64,000 bases of DNA from Octopus sinensis. Taxonomy: Eukaryota. The notes beneath the pieces were generated by a model. That model ran no database searches and was not told the origin of the DNA. It saw only the letters and a program-made list of their open reading frames with translations. The stretch covers positions 161,696,001 through 161,760,000 of the forward strand of contig NC_042997.1 of the NCBI RefSeq assembly GCF_006345805.1, in the 5' to 3' direction. Shown one piece after another: positions 1-13,391 of the stretch. The position numbers were made by a program, and so were the translations under genes. Numbering within the stretch: the stretch's first letter is position 1; every line of letters starts with the position of its first letter.

Positions 1-1489
1 CCTTAATATGCGTTATCAGTACGACAACTTTTCTAGAAATAAAGTTGTCTTGATAACAATATAACGTCAACTGACATACATTTATGCCATTTGGAAATGA
101 GAAGCTCATCAGCGTTATGCATTTTTATGCAAGCAGTTCTGTAGGGTATAAAGAAATATGAATCATATATGTATGTGTGTGTGCGTGAGCGCGCGTGTGT
201 GTTGTGGAATAGTAGATCCCGAAGCAATTACAGCTATAAATATTGGACTGAAAAACCCTAAGGTTAGAAAAAGTTGAAGACTGTCCTACAGGCAGCAACA
301 TTTATGTGTGTGTGCTCGCGCATGTGTATATGTATGTAAGTAGACTATAAAAATCAGGAGGTATGAGAGGTGAATATATTTATTTAATCACTTGACATCT
401 TTAAGATTACGCCCGTTTCGTAGTCTTCTTCATTTAGTAATAATTTCAGTGTAGAATAAATTGTTTGCATAAATCCTCATGTTACGCACTATACAATACA
501 GTTGTGTATTCACAAAATGCAAATAAAGAAAGCTAACTTATTTGATCACCAAAACATCATGGTTACGTTACCGATTCAACTGTAACTATACTCAAAAATT
601 TTCTCTTTATATATACAATGTATAGAAAAGAGAGACTAGATAAAATTAACTTGGTTTGGTCAGTAAAAATAAATACATGTTGTTTCATATCAATAAGTTG
701 CCAATCAGAAGTTAAGGGAATTGATCGTTCTTTATTGCTAGTATAAACACGAGAGGGCAAAAAGAGGAAGTAAAGTATTTGAAGTAAATATTTTAAAAAA
801 ATAAGAAAATAAAAAATAGCTTAGAATATATGTAAAATACATATGAAATTATAATAAATTAATTAAATGGGGAAAAGACAGCTGGAATAATAAAGATCAG
901 ACCAGGAAATAGTATTGAACAACATGATTCAAATGGGGTTAAAAGGTCAAAATGTCACACATAAAAACTTATGGACATTAATTTTCTAGACATATCTCAA
1001 AATACTTTCTAGCTCAATGAGCTGTTGTAAAACCAAGCTGTACACACCCCAACACAAGCACAAGCAGAGACACATGAACAAACTAAAAAATACACAACCC
1101 CCACACGTAATAGTGTACTCTTTTTCACCCATGTATATACATATAGACCACACAGAGAAAAACATCTGCACACACTCAAACATATATGTGTATGTATATG
1201 AATACATAAGTAAAACTACACATACACATATAAATACATATATAAACAAATAACGCATACATATATATATATATATATACAGTATAAGTACACATACAAA
1301 CATATGTATGTATACGAATATACACACACATACATACATATAGATATAACATATATACACATACACATATGTACATGCATGTATAGATACACACATATCA
1401 CAAGATGACCTGATCGACCAAATTATCGGATGCTGGTATACATTGTTGGTCACAATGCGCTTTGCATCATTTTAGCTTTCGAATCCCCC

Positions 1490-1632
1490 TGAGTTACTCA
1501 TTTACCGCTGAGTGGACTGGAGCAATGTGGATTGGAGCATTTGGATCAAGAAAACAACGCGCGGCCCGGGAATCGAATCTACGATCTAGCAATCGTGAGT
1601 GCGACACCTTAACCGTTAGTATATGCACCTTC
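1490..1632 (-). mobile_element. Degenerate tRNA-derived SINE head fragment
   Basis: Minus strand has a tRNA-like B-box (GATTCGATTCCC) and a head similar to the SINE at 2987-3372. Confidence 0.6.
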
Positions 1633-1707
1633 ACACATGCAGATATACACCCATACATACTCATTCACCTGTACACCCATTTATACATAAATATATACAC
1701 AGAAATT

Positions 1708-1712
<5 letters not shown>

Positions 1713-1793
<81 letters not shown>
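1713..1793. repeat. Compound microsatellite (TA)n(GA)n
   Basis: Seen directly. Confidence 0.95.
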
Positions 1794-1880
1794 TACTATG
1801 AAATTAACTAAAACAGTCTTCAGTATTCCCTCGAAGATTTTATTCTCTACAGCAATATTTCTACCAAATTAAATCTATGA

Positions 1881-2038
1881 TTAGTATAAGTGATTGGGAA
1901 GCAAGTTTATCACCACACAGCCACTCTTGTTGCAAAGAAATTTTCCATAATCACTCGAGGAACCTCCATTTGTAACTTGTTTCTGTTCATTCACTTTACT
2001 GTCTATGAATTTTTTTGTTTGTGTAAATTCAGAATATT
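1881..2038 (-). CDS. Candidate terminal exon, degenerate or internally deleted Ig-like: EYSEFTQTKKFIDSKVNEQKQVTNGGSSSDYGKFLCNKSGCVVINLLPNHLY*
   Basis: Pyrimidine tract cttctttctccctac then an atypical AAG acceptor; open in phase 1 to TAA; both ends resemble the upstream Ig (EFTK..KVKEKQQAT; DxGxYxC). Confidence 0.45.
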
Positions 2039-2526
2039 CTTGTAGGGAGAAAGAAGTTACAGTTAGAAAATATCACATGGGCAGCAGGAGGAGAAATAAT
2101 ACATAAAAAGATCATACAGGGAATTATGCACAGAGAAGTTTGTATAGGTTACAATTAAATTTACACATCACACACACACATATATATTAGATACAACACA
2201 CTGCAAAAAGATATTTAAACAACGAGTGTCTTCTAAATTTGTTTGATAAATTGTAGTATAACTAGTAAAATTTGTAAGCATTCTACTGTTTACTCGATAT
2301 ACCCAGTGAAAGGTGATATGCACATAGCAATACATTTACACATTGACACACAAACATAGAACTCGCACACATCCGAGTACACTTGCGTTCACATACATAC
2401 TCTGTGTGTGTGCGCGTGTGCGTGTGCTATACATTGTGAAGTAACTACAATTTAAGTTTGGCTTCATCAGGGAGATATTTGATTCGGAGTAAACTGTAGC
2501 CTCTTTTCTTCTATCAGTATTCCCTA

Positions 2527-2527
<1 letters not shown>

Positions 2528-2577
<50 letters not shown>

Positions 2578-2621
2578 CATACATACATACATACATACAT
2601 ACATACATACATACATACATA
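2528..2621. repeat. Compound microsatellite (TA)n(TACA)n
   Basis: Seen directly. Confidence 0.95.
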
Positions 2622-2986
2622 CACTGCACACTCACACACTGCTTAAATACCAATCTTGAGAAATTAGGCTTCTCAAAACCAGAAAGGAGAAAGCTAATTC
2701 GAAGACTACAGATCCAATCCATCACTGGAACTGTAAAAATGTGCAAAACTTTCCATAAGTTTATCATTTAAATATATATGAGCATGTCTAGATATGCAAC
2801 TAAATGCATGAGTATACATGCATAAAACATACAAATTTGCACATACATGCATACGTACATATATACATACATACATACATGCATACATACAAAAATATCC
2901 TGTTTAAATTCCAATGAAGGAGTCTCGGATCGAGGTTGGAGACCGGCTTTTACTCTAATGGCGGGAAATCTTGAAATAAACTGAAT

Positions 2987-3372
2987 CTTGAAGCACTCCG
3001 TCGGTTACGACGACGAGGGTTCCGGTTGATCCGATCAAAGGAACAGCCTGCTCGTGAAATTAACGTGTAAGTGGCTGAGCACTCCACAGACACGTGTACC
3101 CTTAACGTAGTTCTCAGGGATATTCAGCGTGACACAGAGAGTGACAAGGCCAGCCCCTTGAAATACAGGTACAACAGAAACAGGAAGAAAGAGTGAGAGA
3201 AAGTTGTGGTGAAAGAGTACAGCAGGGATCACCACCATCCCCTGCCGGAGCCTCGTGGAGCTTTTAGGTGTTTTCGCTCAATAAACACTCACAACGCCCG
3301 GTCTGGGAATCGAAACCGCGATCTTACGACCGCGAGTACGCTGCCCTAATCACTGGGCCATTGCGCCTCCAC
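2987..3372 (-). mobile_element. tRNA-derived SINE with 12-bp target-site duplication
   Basis: Minus-strand 5' end GGAGGCGCAATGGCCCAGTG (A box) ... GGTTTCGATTCCC (B box); AATAAACTGAAT repeated at 2975-2986 and 3373-3384. Confidence 0.85.
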
Positions 3373-3597
3373 AATAAACTGAATAATGACATACATACAG
3401 TGTGCACTTTTCGTATATAGTATAGATTAGTAATGGTTCTGTATACTATAGTAATTCTTCATTCTCTATTGAACTCTGTAGGGCGATGTCACTGCCAATT
3501 TTCTTTACGATTAGTAAACATTAGTTTTGTGTTAATCAAAAATTCTAAATATAGTACTACTATTAAGTTGCTACTTTCAATATACAAACAAACGTAC

Positions 3598-3864
3598 CTT
3601 CCACAGACAATGTGGCTGATGTAGACACATCACCTGCTACACAAGAATATTCTCCTATATCTTCCAAAGTAACATTTTCAATAATTAATTGATGAACTTT
3701 CATATCAGAAGCAAGTTTTATGTGATTATCACTTTTGATTTCTTTGCCATTCTTTTTCCATATGACTGTCATATTTTCTTTTGAAACTTCGCATATCATC
3801 GTTGCTTGTTGCTTTTCTTTAACTTTCATATCTTTTATTGTTTTTGTAAACTCTACTTTAGCAT
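3598..3864 (-). CDS. Exon encoding one I-set immunoglobulin domain (DAKVEFTKTIKDMKVKEKQQATMICEVS...W...DIGEYSC...SATLSVE), titin/obscurin-type
   Basis: tttgcag| acceptor, |gtacgt donor, 267 nt, phase 1-1; canonical Ig Cys, Trp, LxI and DxGxYxC motifs. Confidence 0.93.
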
Positions 3865-5569
3865 CTGCAAATGGGAAATATTTTGAATACTTTAAAAATA
3901 TGTCAATCATTTTATGTAACTGATTGCTTTAGAATCCAGAATACATGATTTCCAATTGTTTCCCCTACCTCACAACCAACCTTTTTCACAACCAACCTTT
4001 TTTATTTAAGTATTTTACACTTCTGTATGTTCATATCATTTCTCCTGGGAGGAAGACCTCTCCCTTTTCCTTTATCATTGCCACCAAAATCTACAGATTC
4101 GAGTTTATGGCACGTCATAACAGATCACTTTGGTATATAGATGACCAACAGAAAAAAAGCTTAAGCTATATTCTTCAGTTACACATACATTAGTGAGTAT
4201 TTTGTTTGCTTCTTTCCCGATTCCACTGACCCATAACGCTTACCTTCTCTGATGTCTCAGGTGAGAAACACACTTTGAGACACTTTTCTACGTGCACAAG
4301 AAGAATATTTTGCTACCCTCTTACTTTGCCATTTATATACCGGTAGGTCATAATATTTCATAGTGATCGACTCAAGTCCTCTGGGAACATTATGCCCTTG
4401 GCTTTCTTTGTTTCTTAGGCTTCATTCGCCTTGTATGTTCATTTTTTATTTGAATATATGTTTAACCAAGTTGCTGGTAGCTCTAACAGCAGCTGTACAT
4501 TCTTTGATGCTGCTGCTCTTTTCGTTGTTGTTGCTTATTTTATTCTTGTTCCCACTCATATTGGTGTTGCTATTGCTGTTTAAGTCATCTATGAGTGCAA
4601 GGACGGAGCCGGGTTATGCATAGTTATTGGTGCACATATTCTGTATTCTATGCATGAAAAATTCCCAAACGTGAACATGGAAGGACGAGCTGATTTATTA
4701 CTCGTAACATGAGCAGGCATGAGTTAGATAGTTACAGTAAGCATCTAATTATATTCGTCCAATGTGCAAGTTTAATATTCAGATATGTAAAAGTGGAAAT
4801 TAAAGTATTGATGTGTGCATGATATGAGAGCATCTGGTCCTATCTATATAATTCAGTAAACATGTGAAGAATGTGCTAGCTTATGAAGCAGAGATCAATT
4901 TTTTACACGCGCGCAGAGAAGCGAGAATCAAAATATTGAAGTAGGCATTTATTCTAACCATGTTGCTGCACACAAACGAAAACATGGCTCTTTACTGTTG
5001 AGTATCATACTGAAGGATGACTTCTCACTATAGACGATATGTATAAATAAAATAATTATTCCAAAGGACTTAAATGGAGCAACAGACAAGGTATTTCGGC
5101 CTAATTATCAATTTTTGAATAGTAGCTGCCACGCAGTCCTTTGGAGCTAAATAGAAGCGGCAGACATTATCAATAGAAATAAGCGAACAAAACATTCCCT
5201 GATGCAAGCGTTAACTTGCAGAGCCGAGATTAAATTATTACATGCGTGCAACAAAGCGAGAATCAATATACTGATGCCGGCATTCATTCTAACGCTGGAT
5301 GAATAACGGGATAGTAGTTATTATGAGGTGGGTGGACGTTAGAAGTATCTGGGTTTGTGCACAGCCGTAGATAGTCCAACCCTTGTCAAAAACTCAGAGT
5401 CGACTGTAACTTTTTTTTATATAATAAGCATATATACCCTTTATATCCAATGTACAAGTATTTAGTTTTATCAGATATAACGTTTTCACTATGTTACAAT
5501 ATAATACCTCCCTAGTAATGCCGAACAACATAACATGCATTTTCCGACCACTTATATCGACAAATATCC

Positions 5570-5990
5570 TCAAAACTGAACCTATCAACATATACTTCGC
5601 CATGGAAAAAAACACCCTTAAAAATGGGGACTCTTACTTGATAAGACGAATAGAAAAGAAAGAGATCATTACATGAGGTGTCCGATGAAAAATCTTATAT
5701 TATCAAAAAGATAACAATAACGACAACAAAACCACCCCGAACTTTGGTTTCAAAACAACTGAATATCCACCAGTCGACGTTCTTCGCCAGCCCTTCGAAG
5801 AAAATGCATTAAAACTCATCAATAATATCAAATTCCGAAAGCATATCGACACCATCCCAAAGAGAACAAAATCAGTATAAGCGAAAATATATTCGTACGA
5901 TTGAATAAAACGAAAGCTATAAATCACAAAAATGTCTCTTAACCAACACTATATCAAGCACTTACAAAAGAAAAACTTATAGAAAATAGC
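5570..5990 (+). mobile_element. Decayed Penelope-like retroelement N-terminal ORF fragment
   Basis: Translates ...DSYLIRRIEK...NFGFKTTEYPP...PFEENALKLINNIKFRK with stops, resembling the pre-RT region of Penelope-like elements (recognised from memory). Confidence 0.55.
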
Positions 5991-6332
5991 CACTGAGTTA
6001 AAATACAGGAGGAGTTAATAGTGATATGCAGTCAGTTTGAAAACATTTTAGCCCAGAAATTTAATTTAAAGTATCCGAAGTACTCAATTGGCATAGTAAA
6101 TAATTTTTGAATGTATAAATTTGCAAAAAAGCAGGAGTAAAGTTTATAAAGTTTGTATTACACATCTGCAAGTCAAGAACAATTATTAGCTCGTACAAAA
6201 CTGAGGCAAACATACTCTGAAGTGATGCGGAAAATATTTCAGTGCTATGACAGCCTTCCGTATAGGGAAAGGTTGACAGTTACTTTGAGATTTTGGCTAT
6301 GTTGATAAAGTGATTGTTAAATATAATGTTTG

Positions 6333-6335
<3 letters not shown>

Positions 6336-6413
<78 letters not shown>

Positions 6414-6468
6414 GTATATGTATGTATATATGTTTATATATATTTATATATATATACATATATGCGTA

Positions 6469-6510
<42 letters not shown>

Positions 6511-6533
6511 TATATATATATATATATATATGC

Positions 6534-6571
<38 letters not shown>

Positions 6572-6652
6572 TTATTTATACATAAAAAGCATTTATATAT
6601 ACATACATACCTAAAACATACATATATATATACACACACATATATATATATA
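6336..6652. repeat. Long (TA)n-rich microsatellite complex
   Basis: Seen directly. Confidence 0.95.
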
Positions 6653-7029
6653 GGCAAGGAAGGATTAGATCACGAACGGGCTACCGTTTTCGGGAAGGAA
6701 GCCGCATAAGACATGATTCATCACCAGATGGGCTGTAGTTTACCCATGGCTGGAGTAGATAATCCAGGCGTTTACCACGCACAAAAAAACATAACGACCG
6801 GTGACATTTTGAAGTTGCATAAAAAAATTTTCCCCCTGGAAACTAACGTTGCGAACAATGAGAGAATCTGTAAAGTTTACTTGTCTCAGAGTATAGAAAA
6901 ATAAGTGTACAGTGGAGTTTATGGTATAACTTTGTTCCATGGTTTACAATTCTTGGTCTCAATTGATTTTGAAAAAAAATATTGTAATACATTAATATGT
7001 CCATGGAGAACAATTCAACGCAATACATA

Positions 7030-7630
7030 TACTGGTTAAATGTACAGTACTTTAAGTGAATACTACTTGAGAATACCTGAGTAGTATGGTCCATGTTTAA
7101 GAAAACTTAGATGCAGAAATCACTTCTCGTACTCAAACAAGCCTTTGGCAGGCTAGAATCACAGTGCCATATCAAATCTGATACTAAAATCATAGTATAT
7201 GTCATTTTTTTTTGTACTGTTGTAGTTTTCTGAAATTTGGACACTATACATGCATCATGTAAAAATGTTTGACAGGTTTCACCAGAAATATCTGCGCCAC
7301 ATATTCAGAATAAGCTGGGCTTCACCCATTCGTGACACGTAGGTTCTTGCTGATGTTAGGAACACATCAATCCAAGCCATGCTTATATGGAATCGGCTAC
7401 GATGGACAGGTTATCTCAACAGAGCGGATGAGTAGCGCATTCCCAAACAAATGCTCTATGGTGAGCTTATACCGAGAAAGAGGAAAAATAGTAAGCCAAT
7501 GAAAAGATAGAAAGATTCCTTAAAACCAAATTGAGATACCTTAAATTATTTTACAAAAGTCTTGAGTCACTTGCGGCAGATAAATATGTGTAGAGAGCTA
7601 CAATATGGACTGGTGTTAAAGACTTTGAAC
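7030..7630 (+). mobile_element. Decayed RTE-clade LINE, ORF2 C-terminal fragment
   Basis: LDAEITSR..QAFGRL..WTLY..RFHQKYLRHIFRISW..RLRWTGYL..RIPKQMLYGEL..KDSLK, with stops and frameshifts. Confidence 0.8.
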
Positions 7631-10033
7631 CTGACAGACCATGCAGATGTGTACCCTCAATTTTTTCGAGGGTATACATCTGCAGTTATGCAGATAAACT
7701 GATGACTTTTACATGACTAAGTAAAGTCAACATACACTCAATTTCTTCATAAATTCTAAACGCTGTCTAAGTTCTTGGTATTATTCTAAGTTTATTGAAC
7801 GAGCGCATATAATTAGTCGCATAAAGAATACAATGGAAAATTAAACGTAACATACAAGAAAAATTACACAGAGAATCGAAGTTGTAAATACCGGTGGGTA
7901 GGCTTTCTGCCAGTACATTATATACAATACATAGATTTATATATATATATGTATACAAGACATACATAAATGCATGCATCAATACATGCATGTATGTATG
8001 TATGTATGTATGTATGTTTGTATGTATGTATGTATGTGTGTGTGTATGTGAGTGTATGTGTGTATGTGTGTGTACAGCGTACGCCAAATTTTTTCCGTAT
8101 GAGTCGACAGAAGAATTCTTGAAATTTGCCATGTTTTTGGTAAAGGAAAACATTTGTCGGTATTTATTAGCACCCTCAAAGAAAATGGCAGAGGATTTTG
8201 ATAAATTAAGAATCAATTTCTCTTAATAGCTCACAAAGAGACAACTGTTCACACGTTTTGGTTTTATTACACTCTTATAAGCATTGCATTATTTACATCA
8301 GCTTGCGTTGATCAGATGGCAACATTTTTATATGAGTCCAAAGTGTGCTACGAATAACTTTTTTGCTAGTATGATTTGCATAATTACAAAAGTGAGTTAG
8401 AGCAATTAACACAAATGAGTCAAAAGTGTCAGTTTCGTGATATACTGAACGACGCATACAATAAAGCAAAAAAGAGCGTTATTAGTTATATCTGTAGGTC
8501 TATGTATGTGTGTGTATGTGTGAGAGAGAGAGAGAGTATGTGTGTGTGAGAGTGAGTGCGTGTGAGAGAGTGTGTGTGTGTGAACGTGTTTGTGCTTACA
8601 TGCACACACACCTATATAACTGAAACACAGAAAGCATATAAGAAATGCATTCCAAAAGTTTATTGCAATATAAGAAGCACTTATATAATAAAAGGAATTA
8701 TATATATGAAATATTAGCACGCAATCATAAGCAATATAACGATTATGAACTAAATTATAAAACAAGATACATTATGATATATTATTACACGACTAGAATC
8801 TTCGACGTATAACACTGACTCGCGAAAAATCAACACGTCGTTTGCAAAAGAATGCTTATATTCTAACATCATTGCATTTCTGATTATATTATTATACACC
8901 GAGTCCAGAATGTGATTGGATTACACACTCTCACAAATTTTTAATGTAGAAGAAGTACCTGTTTTAGGAGTGCATGCCAGCAAGAAATCACATCAAAAAA
9001 CAATATTTTCGCAGCCATTAAATTTTGTAGCGGATTTGTTTATTACGTATGATATGATCTAATGATCACTGGCTAGAATTAAATTATCTAATTACTCCTT
9101 ATTTAGTACATTTGAAAATACATTCCATTGAGAACGTAACCACTCTTTCTAACGCTACTTCAATGTGAATAACCTTTGACATTATGATTTCTCACTTAAC
9201 GATTTTACATTTAAAATCAACTGGCCTGCTAACTCAGAATATTCCAGTACGCTGTTGTGATATCCTAAGATATATGTTATTAATTTTTGTGCTTAAACAG
9301 CTGTCCTTATTGATAAATGCGAGAAGTGAGGCTAGCTACTCCTGTATTACCAATCTTTGCAGACTCTAAGAACAGCACACTTAATTTCATTCAAATGTAT
9401 TTCTTCATTCATAAAATTGTCGATATAGTTGACTGATCCACAGAAAGTTTTCCATGCTAAGGTTATCCTTTAGTTTTCCGTACTAAGTTTATCATTTACG
9501 GTATAAATACTATATCATTTGCCATTGTACTCTATTTTTAGTATATGGGAATGTTAAATAATTCAGAGATTTGACGATAAAAACACAGGAGAAAGATTGT
9601 AAACATAGTATATGCACACGCGGTCTATATGCAAATTAAATGAATGACTGAATGAAAGAACAACTACTCATACCAATATTACTGATGAGCATTGATATAT
9701 CTGAAATTTTAGCATTCAAATTCTGCAAGAAATTGTTTTCACATATCTTCATTAATAAAAATGTCATGAAAGAGGGGTGACATTAAGTAGGATGCCGTTC
9801 AGCAAGATACTGCTATATATATTTCCTAGTGCATCAAGAATATCGCTAATAAGTTATTAAATGAAAGAAATTAGAGTCACATGTATTTCACCAATAGAAT
9901 TTTCAGCGAATTTAGTCTTTCCTGACACAGTAGAATGCAAGAAATTGCACAAGGAGACACGAAGCCATCAAAGTGAGACTCAGCAACAAGCAGAAGCAAG
10001 AAATCATTAGTCAATAAATAATCTTTCACTCAC

Positions 10034-10063
10034 CAAAAGCAGCTTCCACCTCAGAACGAGTTT
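10034..10063 (-). CDS. Micro-exon class A (ETRSEVEAAF); last array exon before the Ig exon
   Basis: ctag|30 nt|gtgagt, phase 1-1. Confidence 0.85.
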
Positions 10064-10350
10064 CTAGCGAAAAATAAACGTAAATATATGCCCTCATTAT
10101 TTAGGTCACGTGAAAACAGTAAATATATTGAGGAAGAAGGGACGTACTTTTTTTTTTTTTCTTAATTATTACACCGTTATAAACAGTAGATGGACTTTAC
10201 AAGAATCGAAAATACTCTGAGAGAGAATATGTATACGGTTCAAACTTAGAGAAATGTAATTAGTACAATAAAAAAATATCGCAATACGATTAGAAACTTT
10301 AATATCTTATATTGATATATAATGCGAGAAACAATTTTGCAGTCGCTTAC

Positions 10351-10380
10351 CTGTACGAGTTATTTTTTCCGTTACGACCT
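10351..10380 (-). CDS. Micro-exon class B (EVVTEKITRT)
   Basis: gcag|30 nt|gtaagc. Confidence 0.85.
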
Positions 10381-12579
10381 CTGCAGGATTAAGGAAATAT
10401 ATAGTTTAATATTTCAAAAAGATAGTTTATAAACACTGTACCATTAAATGGTAACTATATTAGAACATTTGTTGAAAAACTCATGGCATTTAATCATTCA
10501 TTCGTTGTAAAATGATTCGTTGCTAAAATTTCACACACATATATACATATATATGAAGTGTATGTAAAAACAAACATATATATGTAGTATATCCTGTATG
10601 CATCTATGAATATATGCATGGATATATTCATTTAAGCATATGCGTGCGTGTGTATGTTTGCATGTAATGCAAGTAATTCGTTATATATGTAAATCTTTCT
10701 CAACGCAATACTTTCTCAACGAATGGAAATTTTCCATTTAGTTGGTGGAGTGAAAAGTAACTATTGATGATAGTTTTTAGTGACTCAACAAAAATAAACG
10801 ATAATTCAATTTCCACAGTCCAAGAAATAATGAACAGTTAATCATAAAATAAGAATTTTCATGCTTAGATTGAAACCTGATCTTTTTTAGTAACACATTA
10901 TCATCTACAAACTTGTTTTATTACACCGCGTTGGTATAGTCTAAATCCAAGCATAAATTTAAAGTATTCATGTATGTTGTCATGTACAGAATGGCGTACG
11001 CCAAAATGGTTGAGAGGCTTGTATTTTGCCATTTAGATACAGAAAGAAAACAAAAATCCATAAAGTTTTCGAAACGAGGAAAAAATATCACAGTATAAAC
11101 AATACCTTTTCTACCATTAATTTAAAGATGTCTATATCACTTTCTAATTTAGTTGTATCTTTCTATTCTATAACCTAAAGATATTTCAAAGACACAGACG
11201 AAGACAAAATAGAATAGATAATAAGAAACGAAGACAAATTTCACACCTTCAAGTTAGAAAAGTAAAAATTCTTCAAACAAAATAGAAAGCATGAAGGGAA
11301 AGCGCAAAACAAATAAAAATAGCGTGAGCGTATCTTTGTAAAGTCAGTGTTATTGCTGCTCGATAATTCTTTATAGATATGCTATATTTATATTTAGTTG
11401 AAAATGTTAAATAAAATTTAAATCATCGCTACATTTGTATTGAAACCATTATTTTCTTTAGTTTGTATTTTTAGCAATGTGTATCATAGTCATTTTCTGC
11501 TGTAACACGAGATTCATTGTTAGTGCATGTGTATATGTTTGTGTGTGTTTAAGTGAGTATACGCGCATGTGAAATTTTGTATCTGATCGAAAGTAAGAAA
11601 GTGATATATACACATATAATACATATAATGCATGTGTGTGTGTATGTCTGAGCCGGTTGTGCTTTGTTTTGCTTCATCACAAGTGTTTTTCACATATTTT
11701 TATGTAATTTAAATATGAAATGAAATTTTTCGCATCAGACTTAGTTTCTTGTGACGCCAAATTCAGTTTCTTTTACTTTTCAAATGTTCTGGCTAAAAAA
11801 CTAAATATATATTATACTAATATAATTTTAATTAAATAGTTTCCTTCTAATATATTTATTTTGCATGTAGATTTATTTCTTTGGGAAGTTCTGGTAATTC
11901 TGGTTGAGTAAATGTACTCAGGGAAGCATACTGTGCAGATGAAACATACTTAGATCTATTCAGTTATATAGGAAAGCTTCATGTCAGTTTGCTCATAAAT
12001 GCCAAATAAGTAACGGTTAATATGCGCGTTGATTTTTGTTAGTTTGACTTTAGTGATGCCTTTATATAGATGTTTTCTTATGCTGTGGAATTGACTAAAT
12101 TATTTCAATCCTTTCTGCAATGTACGTAGTGATCCAAATTGTGCTTTAAACAATTATTTCAAGATTAATACTGTTTTAGACAAATTGCATTTAGATCAAT
12201 CATATTTTAGATAAAATGTTTTCGACAAACTCGCCGGATACAATAGGAAATCATTACTAGCGAATTTGGGATCCAAGTACATAGCAGTGTCAGGCTGTTA
12301 AGAGAAACATGCCTGGCATGTAGGGAAAACTACAGCTAAGCCTTTTTGATCTTGACAAGTGTGAGTATGTATCTTTAAAATTAAATTGCAGTCTTTACAA
12401 ATGCTTACTTTGATAGGGAAATGTTACAAACTAATTTGAATTTATACTAAAAATACTACAAAAATCAGATAGTTTCGTTCTTTGAAAAAAGTGTTATCTA
12501 CGCAATTATATATTTTTAGCGATTTCTTTGCCGAAGCGAAACACTGGAAGCCATTGAAATGATTTTAAATGAAACTCAC

Positions 12580-12609
12580 CAACTGTAGATTCAACTTCAG
12601 ACGGTTTTT
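12580..12609 (-). CDS. Micro-exon class C (EKPSEVESTV)
   Basis: tcag|30 nt|gtgagt. Confidence 0.87.
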
Positions 12610-12974
12610 CTGAACGAAAGTTAATACGAAGTACAATAAGCAGGTTGTTCGATTATCTCATGCACAAAACACTTTTGTTCAAATACTTAGTTATGTAGTT
12701 ATACGCTTATAAATAGTATATCATTATAAATTTCTTACAATGGTAATGCATCTTCTAATTACTTTTAATTAGCACATGTTTTACTTTTAATATAGATTGT
12801 CTTAAAAATCATTAACTAATTTGAGAATCATTCGAAATAATTATCATTCTCTAAATATGCTATAAATTTACAAGAAAACTATCAAAATTATTCTTTAGCA
12901 TCTACGTTGAAATATTCTTTCCATAAAATTTATTTACATTAGTGAGTTCCATATTTTATAGCTAATGTGCTTAC

Positions 12975-13004
12975 CTATGCGAGATTCGGTTTCTCTAACA
13001 AATT
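12975..13004 (-). CDS. Micro-exon class D (EFVRETESRI)
   Basis: gcag|30 nt|gtaagc. Confidence 0.85.
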   Translation of the reverse strand, partial: NLLEKPNLA

Positions 13005-13361
13005 CTGCAAAATCAAAATCGTTATTCATTAATGATTACTTTCATCATTTCGTGAAAGAAAAAAAGCTTAAATAGTTTGAATTCAATTAAATTCATCAGA
13101 GAATCTAGATTGGCGTATTTGTCAGTATACTTTCATATCAATTTCTTAAGTATAACTTAATTTGAAAAATGTCCTAAAGTTCAATATTTAGTATAAGAAG
13201 GAATACTATAAATCGTATATATCAATTCATACTAAGGCAAATTACACTTCTAGTACGCATATCGATAAAAATAATAATCATTAAGAAATGTTTTACTGAC
13301 TATAATAATTCTAATAATATAGGTGCTCAATTTTCATTGAATCAATTAAGAAAACACTTAC

Positions 13362-13391
13362 GAACTGTGGCATCGACCTCAGAAGGTTGTT
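13362..13391 (-). CDS. Micro-exon class E (EQPSEVDATV; last base C)
   Basis: tcag|30 nt|gtaagt. Confidence 0.8.

Noticed and set aside
563-600. Possible tiny exon near 571-590 (..TVES|gtaacg)
   Set aside because: The nearest good acceptor gives 8 nt (not 3n), and it lies beyond the candidate stop; unsupported
3290-3372. tRNA gene
   Set aside because: The A and B boxes belong to a SINE head with a body and TSD; there is no complete cloverleaf
3563-3910. ORF-track 115-aa ORF as a stand-alone gene
   Set aside because: Only 3598-3864 is the Ig exon; the flanks are intron read-through past clear splice sites
4244-4287. AG..GTAAGC-bounded 44-nt candidate exon on the minus strand
   Set aside because: Not a multiple of 3, would frameshift the Ig exon, and has no similarity to the array classes
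11106-11174. Short minus-strand open stretch (KDTTKLESDIDIFKLMVEK) ending at a GT
   Set aside because: The phase-1 frame from the best acceptor hits TAA; it is phase-incompatible with neighbours and I found no counterpart in other units
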